Below are positions 44,646-53,648 of a stretch of DNA of 64,000 bases, in pieces. Numbering within the stretch: the first letter of the stretch is position 1; each line of letters begins with the position of its first letter. Source of the DNA: a virus (taxonomy: Duplodnaviria; Caudoviricetes); IMG/VR virus record IMGVR_UViG_2639763161_000004, positions 1 through 64,000 of that record. The stretch is one strand, 5' to 3'. The notes under the pieces are model-generated. The model did no database searches and was not told the origin of the DNA. It worked only from the letters and a program-made list of their open reading frames with translations. A program made the position numbers and the translations under genes.

Positions 44646-44858
44646 TCATATGTGGTAAGCCTTCTGCGCTTTACAGTCGCAAAATAAACTGCCTGATTTC
44701 ATTTCAACGCTAACGAGGCGGTGGTCTTCACCAAGCAAATCCAAAAGCTTTTTTGCGCCACTTATCTGAAACCCAGCAAAAGAAAATGTGAACCTCTCAA
44801 GTTTTTCTTTTGATATGAATGTCAGCAACATTTGATGGTTTTGTTCTTTAACCCTCAT
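44646..44858 (-). CDS. Hypothetical protein (moron-like)
   Basis: AT-rich ORF inside the head operon. Confidence 0.45.
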   Translation of the reverse strand: MRVKEQNHQMLLTFISKEKLERFTFSFAGFQISGAKKLLDLLGEDHRLVSVEMKSGSLFCDCKAQKAYHI

Positions 44859-44925
44859 TGGCCGATACCTTTCTTCAGGCAATAAAAAAGGGCCACCGAA
44901 GTGACCCTGATGTTTAACGCTTTAT

Positions 44926-45126
44926 TTAATTTCTTTGCTTCATTTGAATGGCTAATACAACTAGCAGTATCGCCTGCTCAGCCTTATCATGCGTTTCCAG
45001 TTTTATATTAACTTGAAGTGAATCAAGAATGGATTGAACATCAGCCAGATTAAATAGCTTATTTTTGACATATCCATCGATTGCCTTCTGCGCTGCTATG
45101 TAAAAATCTTCATTAAGCATTTTCAT
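44926..45126 (-). CDS. Hypothetical protein (moron-like) followed by a terminator
   Basis: AGGAG RBS; hairpin AGGGTCAC-TTCG-GTGGCCCT-TTTT. Confidence 0.6.
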   Translation of the reverse strand: MKMLNEDFYIAAQKAIDGYVKNKLFNLADVQSILDSLQVNIKLETHDKAEQAILLVVLAIQMKQRN

Positions 45127-45144
45127 ACTCCTGATTATAGCAAC

Positions 45145-45951
45145 TTAGAATGGCAAAACCGGCTTCCACGTGCAACCGCAGTTTGGCTCTTCTCCAGGCA
45201 ACACGTACTGGCCTTTGTCGCCAACCGGTAACCCCTTGTCGAGGTCGAATTCCTTGCCGTTCGCCAGCACATGCTTGTGACGGGGCTGATTGCCACCGCC
45301 GCTGTGTAGCCAGATGCCTTTTTTGATGCCAGCAGCCTGCTGCCTCGCGTTGGAAAGTGCGCTGGTAGCCTTGCGAACCTGATCGCGTGCAATAAACTCT
45401 GCCCGCCGGCGGGTGATGCCATTGCGCTTGCCAAACTCACGCTGAATCTCATCGGCCAGTTGCTTACGGTCACCACCTTTTGCTATGGAGCGAAACACCA
45501 TCGACTCTACCTCGGTGAAATACTTCTCCGGGATAGAGCGAATCAGCGCCACGTTCTCAGCAATAATAGCGTCACGCTTTTGCAGCATGGCTTCCGTCCA
45601 TTGCAGGTTGATAACCAGCGAGTCTTTACGTGCCGATGCGAGGATGCCGCGATCAACTGCTTCCTGTGTGCGGTCGGTGATATCAGATGCTGTGGGAATG
45701 GCCTTTTCGATGAACCGGTCAATCCACTTCTTCGCCAGCGCTTTGATAGCACGGCCGACAAGCTCCACAGGGTTGGCATCCATCGCAAGGGAGTCCTGAG
45801 CCATTGGATTGCCGAGCATGATGGTGACGACCTGCTCGCGCACATCGTCATTCATCTCACGTATCGTTCTGAGCAGCTCTCTCTGGTACCACCGGATGTT
45901 TCCCGCGTTGTAGTTCACTGGTTTCAGACTCTTCGTCTTCTTCCGGTTCAT
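45145..45951 (-). CDS. Minor head protein (SPP1 gp7/Mu F-like)
   Basis: RAEFIARDQ, W.HS, PR..H, PGEEPNCGC. Confidence 0.85.
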   Translation of the reverse strand: MNRKKTKSLKPVNYNAGNIRWYQRELLRTIREMNDDVREQVVTIMLGNPMAQDSLAMDANPVELVGRAIKALAKKWIDRFIEKAIPTASDITDRTQEAVDRGILASARKDSLVINLQWTEAMLQKRDAIIAENVALIRSIPEKYFTEVESMVFRSIAKGGDRKQLADEIQREFGKRNGITRRRAEFIARDQVRKATSALSNARQQAAGIKKGIWLHSGGGNQPRHKHVLANGKEFDLDKGLPVGDKGQYVLPGEEPNCGCTWKPVLPF

Positions 45952-47332
45952 AATCACCATCCAGATTTTCGAAACCAGCGCCTTCAATGGACTTCAGCGC
46001 GTCACGGGCCTCTAGTGAATCGACCAGTTGAGAATCAGCAGCGGTTGTCACTGTTTCGACACGCATTTTCGCAATCTCAGCCTTCTCTTTCTCGCTCAGC
46101 TCATCCAGTGGGCGGAACTCGAAAAAGATGTCATCTTTGATTTCACCAAACTCCGAGAGCTGGATAATCTTGAAGATATTCTCCAGAGCGCGGCGTATAT
46201 CACGCTCCTGCATTCCTGAGATGGTTTCATGCCACGTTTCAAGCTCGGAGTCACCAGAAGCGTTCAGGCCCGCCGGAGCGTTGCCCAGAAGCTTCAGGTT
46301 GGTGATGCGCGCCGGGATACACATCTGGTCCTGATAGTTCGATAACAGGTTGGACAGTTCGCTGAGAGACGTCTGCATGTGAAGCAGGTCTTCTTCTTTA
46401 TCGATGGCCCAAATACCGAAATTGTCCTGGTACTTGGTGAACATCTGGATGCGCTTGTCGAACTGCCCGGGCTCCTGCAGCCGCGCATCCATGTCAGTCT
46501 TCAGCGCGCGCATGCGCAGAGAGCGGAGAATCTTGATCACATTCTTCTTGGCATCGCGCCAGTCAGTAACGTAATCCTCCATCAACTGCGTCAGCGACAG
46601 GCCGCCGAACACGTAGGAAGGCTTGAGGATGTCGGGAACCGGACGGCTGATGATGTCGATAAAGCGAGACTCATGCAGTGTCTGACCCATCACATACCAT
46701 GCCTGCGGCTTGTAATAATCAGCAGCAAGCGGCCAGCGCGTGTTGTACATCGCCGGATAAATCCAGGTCGGATCAACGCAACGCAGCCCTTTAAGCGAGC
46801 CCTTAGGTATTTTGCGCGGGTCAAGGAATAACGGCTTCTGCAGCTCTTTATCATCCGCGCCGGTATCGATGTAGATATGCGCCACGCCGAACATGGAGTC
46901 CTGCTTGACCGCTTCGTGAATCAGGCGCTTGACGTCGTACTTAACCAGCGCCTGCTCCATCAGGTCGATATCAGGGTCGCCATCCTTGCGGCTTTTCACC
47001 TCAATCCAGTTGCGCGTCATCTCGTCGGCCATGACGGTATGCATGTTGGCATACTCGACCTGCTGAGACATGGCGGCCAGAATGGGGTAGCCACGGAATC
47101 CGGAATACTCGGTGCCGATTGACATGCTGTTCAGCACATCATAGGGCGTAGCGTCCATCGCCAGTACGGCTTCTCGCTGCGTGTCAGGAACAACTCCAGG
47201 AAGCGGCTCAGCGCGTTTAAACTCGGCATACTGCTGCGCGTCGTTCGCTACTGATGCGCTGTCTAAATGGGCCTGCGTGATTTTAACCAGTTCCCGCCGA
47301 GGGGCCTGCGCAGTCTTCGTGCGTCTTGTCAT
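45857..47332 (-). CDS. Portal protein (DUF1073-like)
   Basis: HESRFI, LLG.APAGLNASG; follows terL. Confidence 0.85.
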   Translation of the reverse strand: MTRRTKTAQAPRRELVKITQAHLDSASVANDAQQYAEFKRAEPLPGVVPDTQREAVLAMDATPYDVLNSMSIGTEYSGFRGYPILAAMSQQVEYANMHTVMADEMTRNWIEVKSRKDGDPDIDLMEQALVKYDVKRLIHEAVKQDSMFGVAHIYIDTGADDKELQKPLFLDPRKIPKGSLKGLRCVDPTWIYPAMYNTRWPLAADYYKPQAWYVMGQTLHESRFIDIISRPVPDILKPSYVFGGLSLTQLMEDYVTDWRDAKKNVIKILRSLRMRALKTDMDARLQEPGQFDKRIQMFTKYQDNFGIWAIDKEEDLLHMQTSLSELSNLLSNYQDQMCIPARITNLKLLGNAPAGLNASGDSELETWHETISGMQERDIRRALENIFKIIQLSEFGEIKDDIFFEFRPLDELSEKEKAEIAKMRVETVTTAADSQLVDSLEARDALKSIEGAGFENLDGDYEPEEDEESETSELQRGKHPVVPERAAQNDT

Positions 47333-48855
47333 TGCAGTATCTCGTCAGGAATGTGGAACAGAATGCCCGCTTTCGCTTTCATCTCAGTAATGGCGTCCAT
47401 CATTGGATCGAGCTGGTCATCATGGGTATTAAACTCAGGGTTAATCGCCTCCATCTCGACGAGGAAGTCGTTAATGAACGGCTTGTCAGCTGGAAGTTTG
47501 ATGTAACCTGATTCGATGTAACCCTGCGTATCCATGAGGCGGGTGTATTTGTCTTTGTCGCGCTGAATGGCTTTAACAGGACATACGGCATCTTTGCGGA
47601 TGCTCTGTATCAGGCCAGTGCCGGATGCTTTGTCCTCGATTGCCATGTGGCGGAGCGGTCCGTTTTTCACCTGCTTGCAGGCGTTCCAGAAAGCCACCGC
47701 GCGGCGTTTTAACTCGTCGGATTCCCACTTGCCGCGAATCATGTCTATCAGGTACATGTAGCCGTCAATGCCAAGCCCCCAGTGCTCGAATACCGAGAAG
47801 TCATTAACCTCTTTGGTTTTCTGCGCGGTGTCGCCATATACGGCGCGCCACTTCATCGGGGGTAGCTCTCTGTACTCACCAAACCACTCTGATTTGATGA
47901 GTCCGCCACCTTTGGCTGTTGGCCGCTGCTGATACAGGGCATTCCATACAAGCGAACCGCGCTGCTTGGCCTTATCGACGAAGTCCTGAGGCATGCGCTC
48001 GGGGAAGAGTATTTCGCCCGGCTTGCGCAGTAGGTACGTTTTGCCATTCAGCTCATGCACCTCTTCTTTCTCAGCCTCCATTGGGAAGCTGACAACGCGC
48101 CACTGCTCACCACCTTCCTCTGCTTTTTTCAGCAACTGTCCGGCAAGGTCATTCTGATGCCAGCGGGTGAGGATGATGATGATCCCGTTTATCTTCGGGT
48201 CAGCACGCGTAAAGAATGTGGTGTCGTACCAGTCAATCACCGCTTCCTGGTAGGTTGGCGATGCTGCTGTTTTGTAATCTTTGGCCGGGTCATCAATGAT
48301 GCCAATATTCATACCCTGGCCGGTAATGCCCCCGTTAACACCTGCTGCACGATATGAGCCACCATGAAGCTCTCCATTACCATTAACCACCTCCCATAAT
48401 TCTGCCGTGCGAATAGCACCACCGGCCCCAGATCGGCCTGATGGAAGGGCTGTGTCTGGGAATACGTCCGAATATTTCTTGGAGCCAACGATGCGCTGTG
48501 TGTCGCGTGACATGCGATTGGCGAGGTCAGAGGAATACGAACAGGCAATAACGTTCCAGTCGGGATGCTTTCCCAGCACATAGGCAGGGAAGCGGCGCGA
48601 TGCCTTTTCGCTTTTACCAGAGCGCGGAGGTGCAAATATCATCAGGCGCGGCATATTTCCCGCCTCAACCTCAGCCAGAAAGTGGTCAAGCTCGGCAGAA
48701 AGCAGCTCGTTAAACCAGCCAGTTTCATACAGTGGGTTGGTGTAGAGCGTGAAGCCCATGAGGGACTGTCGTGCCTCAGCTATGGCCCGGCGCTTAAATG
48801 CTTCAAGAGTCTGCCTGTTTCTCAGCGAGCTGTGATCTGTGCCGACCATGACCAA
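47329..48855 (-). CDS. Terminase large subunit
   Basis: APPRSGKS, IGIIDDP, TRWH..DLAG, HDDQLD. Confidence 0.92.
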   Translation of the reverse strand: MVMVGTDHSSLRNRQTLEAFKRRAIAEARQSLMGFTLYTNPLYETGWFNELLSAELDHFLAEVEAGNMPRLMIFAPPRSGKSEKASRRFPAYVLGKHPDWNVIACSYSSDLANRMSRDTQRIVGSKKYSDVFPDTALPSGRSGAGGAIRTAELWEVVNGNGELHGGSYRAAGVNGGITGQGMNIGIIDDPAKDYKTAASPTYQEAVIDWYDTTFFTRADPKINGIIIILTRWHQNDLAGQLLKKAEEGGEQWRVVSFPMEAEKEEVHELNGKTYLLRKPGEILFPERMPQDFVDKAKQRGSLVWNALYQQRPTAKGGGLIKSEWFGEYRELPPMKWRAVYGDTAQKTKEVNDFSVFEHWGLGIDGYMYLIDMIRGKWESDELKRRAVAFWNACKQVKNGPLRHMAIEDKASGTGLIQSIRKDAVCPVKAIQRDKDKYTRLMDTQGYIESGYIKLPADKPFINDFLVEMEAINPEFNTHDDQLDPMMDAITEMKAKAGILFHIPDEILQ

Positions 48856-49312
48856 GCTCCTTAAGGCGTTCGTCTAACTCTTCTTCGGTGATGTCTGAAT
48901 AACGTATCGGACCACCATCGGCACCTGTGCTTTCTACCTTGAGCCTATTGGTATATGCATCGCCGACCTCCTTAGCAGCCTGCTCCATCAGTGATGCAGC
49001 CAGCGCCATGTTTCGCATTCCCTCAGCTTTAACCGTCATGCGGTCGAGTACGCGAAGCCGGTATGCTTTATTTGCAATGGGGATTTCAGATATTTCGCTT
49101 TGAAATCGCGCGCGGGTGGAGTTAAAAAGGTCTCGCCACTTTTGAGCCAGCGCAACACCAGCAGCTTTTGTCGGATCATGTGACGCCACTTGCTGGCGAG
49201 TAATCTGTAACGCAAATTCATTTTGTACGGCCTCAACTATCTGTGAGGGCGTATCAAAGCATGCAAGCTGCTGGACAATGAAGGCTTTCACTTCAGGTTT
49301 AAGTGATGCCAT
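48803..49312 (-). CDS. Terminase small subunit (DUF2280)
   Basis: VKAFIVQ.LACFDTPS, IPIANKAYRLR, EQAAKE.G. Confidence 0.82.
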   Translation of the reverse strand: MASLKPEVKAFIVQQLACFDTPSQIVEAVQNEFALQITRQQVASHDPTKAAGVALAQKWRDLFNSTRARFQSEISEIPIANKAYRLRVLDRMTVKAEGMRNMALAASLMEQAAKEVGDAYTNRLKVESTGADGGPIRYSDITEEELDERLKELGHGRHRSQLAEKQADS

Positions 49313-49343
49313 GTTTCACCATCCGTATAATTCAGTATGATTA

Positions 49344-50000
49344 CTAAGCCAATTTCATGAGGCATGTTCCGCATGCTCTGGCTATGTTTATTTTCGCAAC
49401 CTCTGCCGGGCTGTTGGCTGCATGAACCAATTCCTGCACATCCGCGCTTGCTCCATACCTGCGGACAACTCCGACGAACTCTTCGACGTCATGCCCTCTG
49501 ATGCAGAGCTTAGGCATTCCACTGTCGCGATAGAACTTCGGAGCGCCAAACTCATCCCTTTCCTGTGCGATGTGGTAAAGCTCATGCTCAACCAGCGCAC
49601 AAAACTCCAGGTCACTGCACTGAGAGCAAAAGTCAGCAGCAAGAGTTATTACGTAATCCGGCTTGTGCCCGAACCATTCATTCATCTGCTGTTCCATGCG
49701 CGCCTTTTGCCAGCCACCTGCACGAAACATCATCTCTTCAGCCTGGCCTACTACAGTGCGCCCCTTCTTTGTAAAACCATGCTGAGCCCACAAAAAAGCA
49801 ATATCTGCACCCTCAAGATGCGCATGGTCAGGATTATGGAGCGACCCTGTATCAGCAATGATGTTGCGATGCACCCAGTCACGAACTCCCTCAGCAGGAA
49901 TTAAGCAGTTGTATGGATGGAATGCCGAGATAAAGCTTTCAGCCGCAATCGGTCTTGACTCACGGGCAAACAGCTCTTGTTTGTCGGTGAGCTTTGCCAT
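49344..50000 (-). CDS. Putative phage metallopeptidase
   Basis: LVEHELYH (HExxH), HDVEEF. Confidence 0.8.
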   Translation of the reverse strand: MAKLTDKQELFARESRPIAAESFISAFHPYNCLIPAEGVRDWVHRNIIADTGSLHNPDHAHLEGADIAFLWAQHGFTKKGRTVVGQAEEMMFRAGGWQKARMEQQMNEWFGHKPDYVITLAADFCSQCSDLEFCALVEHELYHIAQERDEFGAPKFYRDSGMPKLCIRGHDVEEFVGVVRRYGASADVQELVHAANSPAEVAKINIARACGTCLMKLA

Positions 50001-50018
50001 TTTACTTTCTCTGTTTCA

Positions 50019-50258
50019 TTAGGATGAGAGGGTGATCCCAGTGATTTTCACGTCACCAGTAAGCCGGTGGTAAACAAGATGACCTTCTCGTATCAGAGGG
50101 TTGCCGAAATGGTCGAAGCGAGGGAAATAGGCTTCACCTCTTTCTTCATCTGCGCAAACGCAATAACTAACTTGCTTGCCGTTTAGCATGACTGACGCTG
50201 GCAGAAATGGGCCTGGCACAATATATCCGCCCAACTCTGAGTCTATGCTTAATCTCAT
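50019..50258 (-). CDS. Hypothetical phage protein
   Basis: V.LNG...CV.ADEE.G; coupled to neighbours. Confidence 0.6.
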   Translation of the reverse strand: MRLSIDSELGGYIVPGPFLPASVMLNGKQVSYCVCADEERGEAYFPRFDHFGNPLIREGHLVYHRLTGDVKITGITLSS

Positions 50259-50434
50259 CAGCTCACCCTCTCAGTGATAACTGTTTTCTTGATGCCGTAC
50301 CGGTTGATGAAGCAGCACAGCACATGAGGATCAACCGGCAGACGGGTAATGGATAGCCACATGCCTGTTGCAATGATCAGCGGGCGGACCCACCAACGGA
50401 ATTTTATTTTGCAGTACAACCGACATGTAGCCAT
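50258..50434 (-). CDS. Hypothetical phage protein
   Basis: Coupled ORF MATCRLY..RWWVRP. Confidence 0.5.
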   Translation of the reverse strand: MATCRLYCKIKFRWWVRPLIIATGMWLSITRLPVDPHVLCCFINRYGIKKTVITERVS

Positions 50435-50435
50435 G

Positions 50436-50660
50436 TTATTTACCGAAGTTGCTTGCTTGGTACTGGAAAGTAAACTCAACTGACTCGGCTAGGCGCGGAT
50501 TAATAATTACCGAAACAGATTCGCTTCCATCTGCTTTTTCAGACAGAAAAACCTGAAAGCTATCATCGGTCTTATTTGGTGGTGACTTTGTCCATCCGCT
50601 GACTTCCCTACCGCCAGGGAAGGTGGCTTTGACATTTACCTGCTTAAGAATATAAGCCAT
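50436..50660 (-). CDS. Hypothetical phage protein
   Basis: Tightly packed ORF. Confidence 0.55.
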   Translation of the reverse strand: MAYILKQVNVKATFPGGREVSGWTKSPPNKTDDSFQVFLSEKADGSESVSVIINPRLAESVEFTFQYQASNFGK

Positions 50661-50662
50661 GG

Positions 50663-50881
50663 TTACATCATCCCAGCAGCACGCGCTTTAGCCAGCAACG
50701 CATTGAAGTCAGCCAGCAGGCCGGCAACATCAGTTGCAGTTGAGTCTGCCTGTGACGCCATTTTCTTCACGATGCCGGCAGTAGTGGTTGTGGCAGCCGG
50801 TAGATTAGCAGCGCTGCCGATGTCTGCCAGAGTCGCGACAGTAGCAGTCGAACCGTTTTGAGCGATTACGCGTTGAGTCAT
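50663..50881 (-). CDS. Head-fibre-like small protein
   Basis: LPAATTT.AG.VK..A.QADSTATDVAGL.ADFNALLAK. Confidence 0.65.
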   Translation of the reverse strand: MTQRVIAQNGSTATVATLADIGSAANLPAATTTTAGIVKKMASQADSTATDVAGLLADFNALLAKARAAGMM

Positions 50882-50997
50882 TTTAGAGTTTCCTGCTGGA
50901 TTGATTTATATCTGTGCCGTGATATCCGATACCAATGGCATCCAATACAGTATGTTTATTCTGTCAAAGTCTCTCGGCGAAACCCTTTTGCAGAATT

Positions 50998-51252
50998 TTA
51001 TAAATACTTCACTGCCAGCGCTTTCAGCTCATCTTTCGCCGCTGCGCCCAGCTGACTTACGCCACTCTCGACAAACTTAAGAGCAGCTTCGAAGTCTTTA
51101 ACGCCGGTCTTTACTTCCTGCACTGGCTGAGCCACTGGCGCTGGCTTCTCTACACTTACCGCTACTGCTGTGTCGTTTAATGGCTCTGACATGGTTTTAG
51201 TCTCTTGCTTTGGATGGATAAACAGGCTTATCAGCCAGTGGATGAACTTCAT
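50998..51252 (-). CDS. Hypothetical protein after spanins
   Basis: ATGA overlap with Rz1. Confidence 0.6.
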   Translation of the reverse strand: MKFIHWLISLFIHPKQETKTMSEPLNDTAVAVSVEKPAPVAQPVQEVKTGVKDFEAALKFVESGVSQLGAAAKDELKALAVKYL

Positions 51253-51503
51253 TTCTGCCGCTCCAGTTCTATTTGCCTGATGGCAGCTTTGTCGCGATTG
51301 CAGTTCTCTATCGATTTCAGCAGTTGCTCATTCAGTGTGAGGCTGTCACCCCAGGTAAACGGATCGGGGATTGCAGGGATGTAGCAGTCAGCGGTCAGGT
51401 TTACCGGAATTGGTACCGGCGGCACCGTTACGTAATTTGTCTGCGTGCGCGCGCAACTCGCCAGTAGCAACGGCAGGAACAGGTAACTTAGCGCAGGTAT
51501 CAT
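51249..51503 (-). CDS. o-spanin (Rz1-like lipoprotein)
   Basis: Lipobox LASC, Pro-rich, CNRDKAAIR. Confidence 0.82.
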   Translation of the reverse strand: MIPALSYLFLPLLLASCARTQTNYVTVPPVPIPVNLTADCYIPAIPDPFTWGDSLTLNEQLLKSIENCNRDKAAIRQIELERQK

Positions 51504-51786
51504 CTTTAACCGACTGGCGGATAATGACCACGCGCTGATCGCTTTCGGCATCGCTTTGCTTATTCGCTTCATAGGTGGCCTGCGCAATGTCGTTAAAAAG
51601 GGATGTGGCTTTAATCACGTTGTTCGTGACGGCCTGAGCAGAATCGCGCTCCAGGGTGAGCTGTTTGTTTTGCTCTGCAATGAGCGCTTTTGATGACGAC
51701 TGAATTTTTACTGTAACGGCCAGGATGATTATCAGCAAGAGCATCACGGCGATGCATACCGCATACCATTTCACCCGGCTAATCAT
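51388..51786 (-). CDS. i-spanin (Rz-like)
   Basis: N-terminal TM, coiled coil, D.CA..PVP. Confidence 0.82.
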   Translation of the reverse strand: MISRVKWYAVCIAVMLLLIIILAVTVKIQSSSKALIAEQNKQLTLERDSAQAVTNNVIKATSLFNDIAQATYEANKQSDAESDQRVVIIRQSVKDDTCAKLPVPAVATGELRAHADKLRNGAAGTNSGKPDR

Positions 51787-52322
51787 TGGTCTAAGCCCCA
51801 GCATGCTAGCGCTGATTCCTGGTCACGGCGCGCCACCTGTCCGAGGCAGTTATTGGACCGGATGCGACAGTCTTTGCCACCATCATAAATCCATCTGCGC
51901 ATTTCAGCGCATGCGCCTTTGCGATCACCGCTGTTGAGCTTCTTATAGAAGGTCGAGGAGAGGCATTTGGACGGACCGATATTCCACGGGCAGAAAGAAG
52001 CGATACCAACTTTCTGCACTTCGGTAAGTGGCACTTTGACATTGCGATCGACCCAGTCGAGTGCTTTGCGCTGCTCTATGGCATCAATCCGATCGCACTG
52101 TTGCTGCGAAAGCTTCATGCCCTTAACGACAGGCTTACCGTCTACATAAGTCACGCCGCCGCAGATAGTCCAGACTCCGCCAGCGTCCTGATAGGCCACT
52201 AAGCGACTGCCTTCTTTCTCACTCTGGAACTGTTTCATCAGGGTTGGTGCTGAGGCCCCCGCAGCAATCAGGGCCAGCATGGCGGCACTGAGCCGGTTAC
52301 GTAATTGCGGGGACATTGCCAT
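51783..52322 (-). CDS. SAR endolysin (GH24 lysozyme)
   Basis: Ala-rich SAR segment; EG...AYQD.GGVWTIC triad. Confidence 0.92.
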   Translation of the reverse strand: MAMSPQLRNRLSAAMLALIAAGASAPTLMKQFQSEKEGSRLVAYQDAGGVWTICGGVTYVDGKPVVKGMKLSQQQCDRIDAIEQRKALDWVDRNVKVPLTEVQKVGIASFCPWNIGPSKCLSSTFYKKLNSGDRKGACAEMRRWIYDGGKDCRIRSNNCLGQVARRDQESALACWGLDQ

Positions 52323-52332
52323 AGGTTATCTC

Positions 52333-52650
52333 TCAGACTGATTCAGGTGACTCCGGGTCCGGCGTTCTCATTTCGCTGTCGAGGCTTTTCACAATTCGAC
52401 TTGCCTCTGCAATGTTGTTCACATCGCCACGGTGATATGCCGCCATGAGTATTTCGGTGCGCTTGCGATCTTCATCTATCGCAGCCTGATTTTTGCGGTT
52501 GTTCGATCGGTAGGTTAGCCAGGTGAAGGTCGCCGTGATGGCAAAACCCAGGGCAAAAAGTACGTCCTGAAGTGTTAGCATGGCGAAAAATCCTGTCATT
52601 CCAGACCATAGATAAGGCCAGAAACCGTTTTGTGTATTCATGCGGAACAT
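52333..52650 (-). CDS. Holin with dual-start motif (M-F-R-M)
   Basis: Two TM segments, charged C-terminus, upstream of endolysin. Confidence 0.8.
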   Translation of the reverse strand: MFRMNTQNGFWPYLWSGMTGFFAMLTLQDVLFALGFAITATFTWLTYRSNNRKNQAAIDEDRKRTEILMAAYHRGDVNNIAEASRIVKSLDSEMRTPDPESPESV

Positions 52651-52989
52651 GCTCTACCCCATAGATTTGGGGATTTGTTCAAAATAAGAATTAAGGACAT
52701 TGAGTACTGAACAAATCCGATATATCGTCTTGGTGTCTGATCAGACGAGATGGGCCTCGGTCTTTGTTCGTGACTAAATCCCATGAGCAAGATGGCCGCC
52801 GGTAGCTCCAACTACTTGCGGTCGCCCATTTTCACGAAGCCTCGCTAATGCGGGGTTTTGTCTTTTTAAAATCGCTCTAACCCGTGGTCACAGCTGTAAA
52901 TGAGAGGGTGTTTGTCTGTCTGACTCTTGGCGAGAGAGCGATTTCAGAAATTCCGTGCATAAAAAAAGGCCGCACATGGCGACCTGATT

Positions 52990-53322
52990 TCATTTACTCA
53001 TATGCTTAGAAATTATTAATTTCCTTATCTCTTGATAATTCGGGTCCAGTGGTTCCATGGAAACCTTTTTGTCAAGCTCTTCTAGCTCTGGCGTTGCCTT
53101 TGCTAGCGCATCTATATATTCGCTTGTGTTCAGATCAGGTAATGGCTTTAGTCTTGAAAGTTTTTTAAGGTTATCTTCTTCAATTAAAACGGATGCTTCT
53201 CTTTGAATTTTTTTTACCGCCGAAATATACATTTCTTCATGATTAGCTTTCATCCAATCATAAAAGCCCTTATCTGCGGCCTTTCTTTTCAACTCTCTGG
53301 CACTATATCGCCTGTTACCCAT
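52990..53322 (-). CDS. AT-rich moron protein of unknown function between pR' and holin
   Basis: GAGG RBS before MGNRRYS; own terminator at about 52960-52986. Confidence 0.65.
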   Translation of the reverse strand: MGNRRYSARELKRKAADKGFYDWMKANHEEMYISAVKKIQREASVLIEEDNLKKLSRLKPLPDLNTSEYIDALAKATPELEELDKKVSMEPLDPNYQEIRKLIISKHMSK

Positions 53323-53475
53323 AACAACCTCGTCTAGTTGCTCGTCATGTTTCGCCATGGCAGGCAGTGACGAATCTGCTTTTCGGCTGGCCGGCCTAGC
53401 CATGGCTAACTCTAATATCTGCTCTGACGCTATTGCGATTAACTGCCCGGCACGTCTGCCCAGAGCGAATTCACC

Positions 53476-53519
53476 AAAACAAAAACGCCCTGCCAGGCGG
53501 TGAACTCTGGAGGGCGCTT
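53476..53519 (-). terminator. tR'-like terminator
   Basis: GCGCCCTCCAG...CTGGCAGGGCG-TTTTTGTTTT. Confidence 0.6.
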
Positions 53520-53595
53520 AATTGTCAGTCATTCGTTGCGGGGGAAGGACTAATTAGCTTATCTGCTCAACTACTACTGCCGGGAGCATACCACA

Positions 53596-53624
53596 AATCT
53601 ATCAGTCTCATTTCGCGTTTTCAA
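53596..53624 (-). promoter_or_regulatory. Late promoter pR'
   Basis: TTGAAA-17-TAGATT just after Q, with a downstream -10-like TATGCT. Confidence 0.6.
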
Positions 53625-53648
53625 CATATTTTTCGCACAATGCAACAT

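Noticed and set aside
45460-46831. Long plus-strand ORFs in the head region
   Set aside because: Antisense shadows of portal and minor head genes
45857-47332. Anti-CBASS label sometimes given to DUF1073 proteins
   Set aside because: Size and position indicate a plain portal; no extra phosphoesterase domain evident
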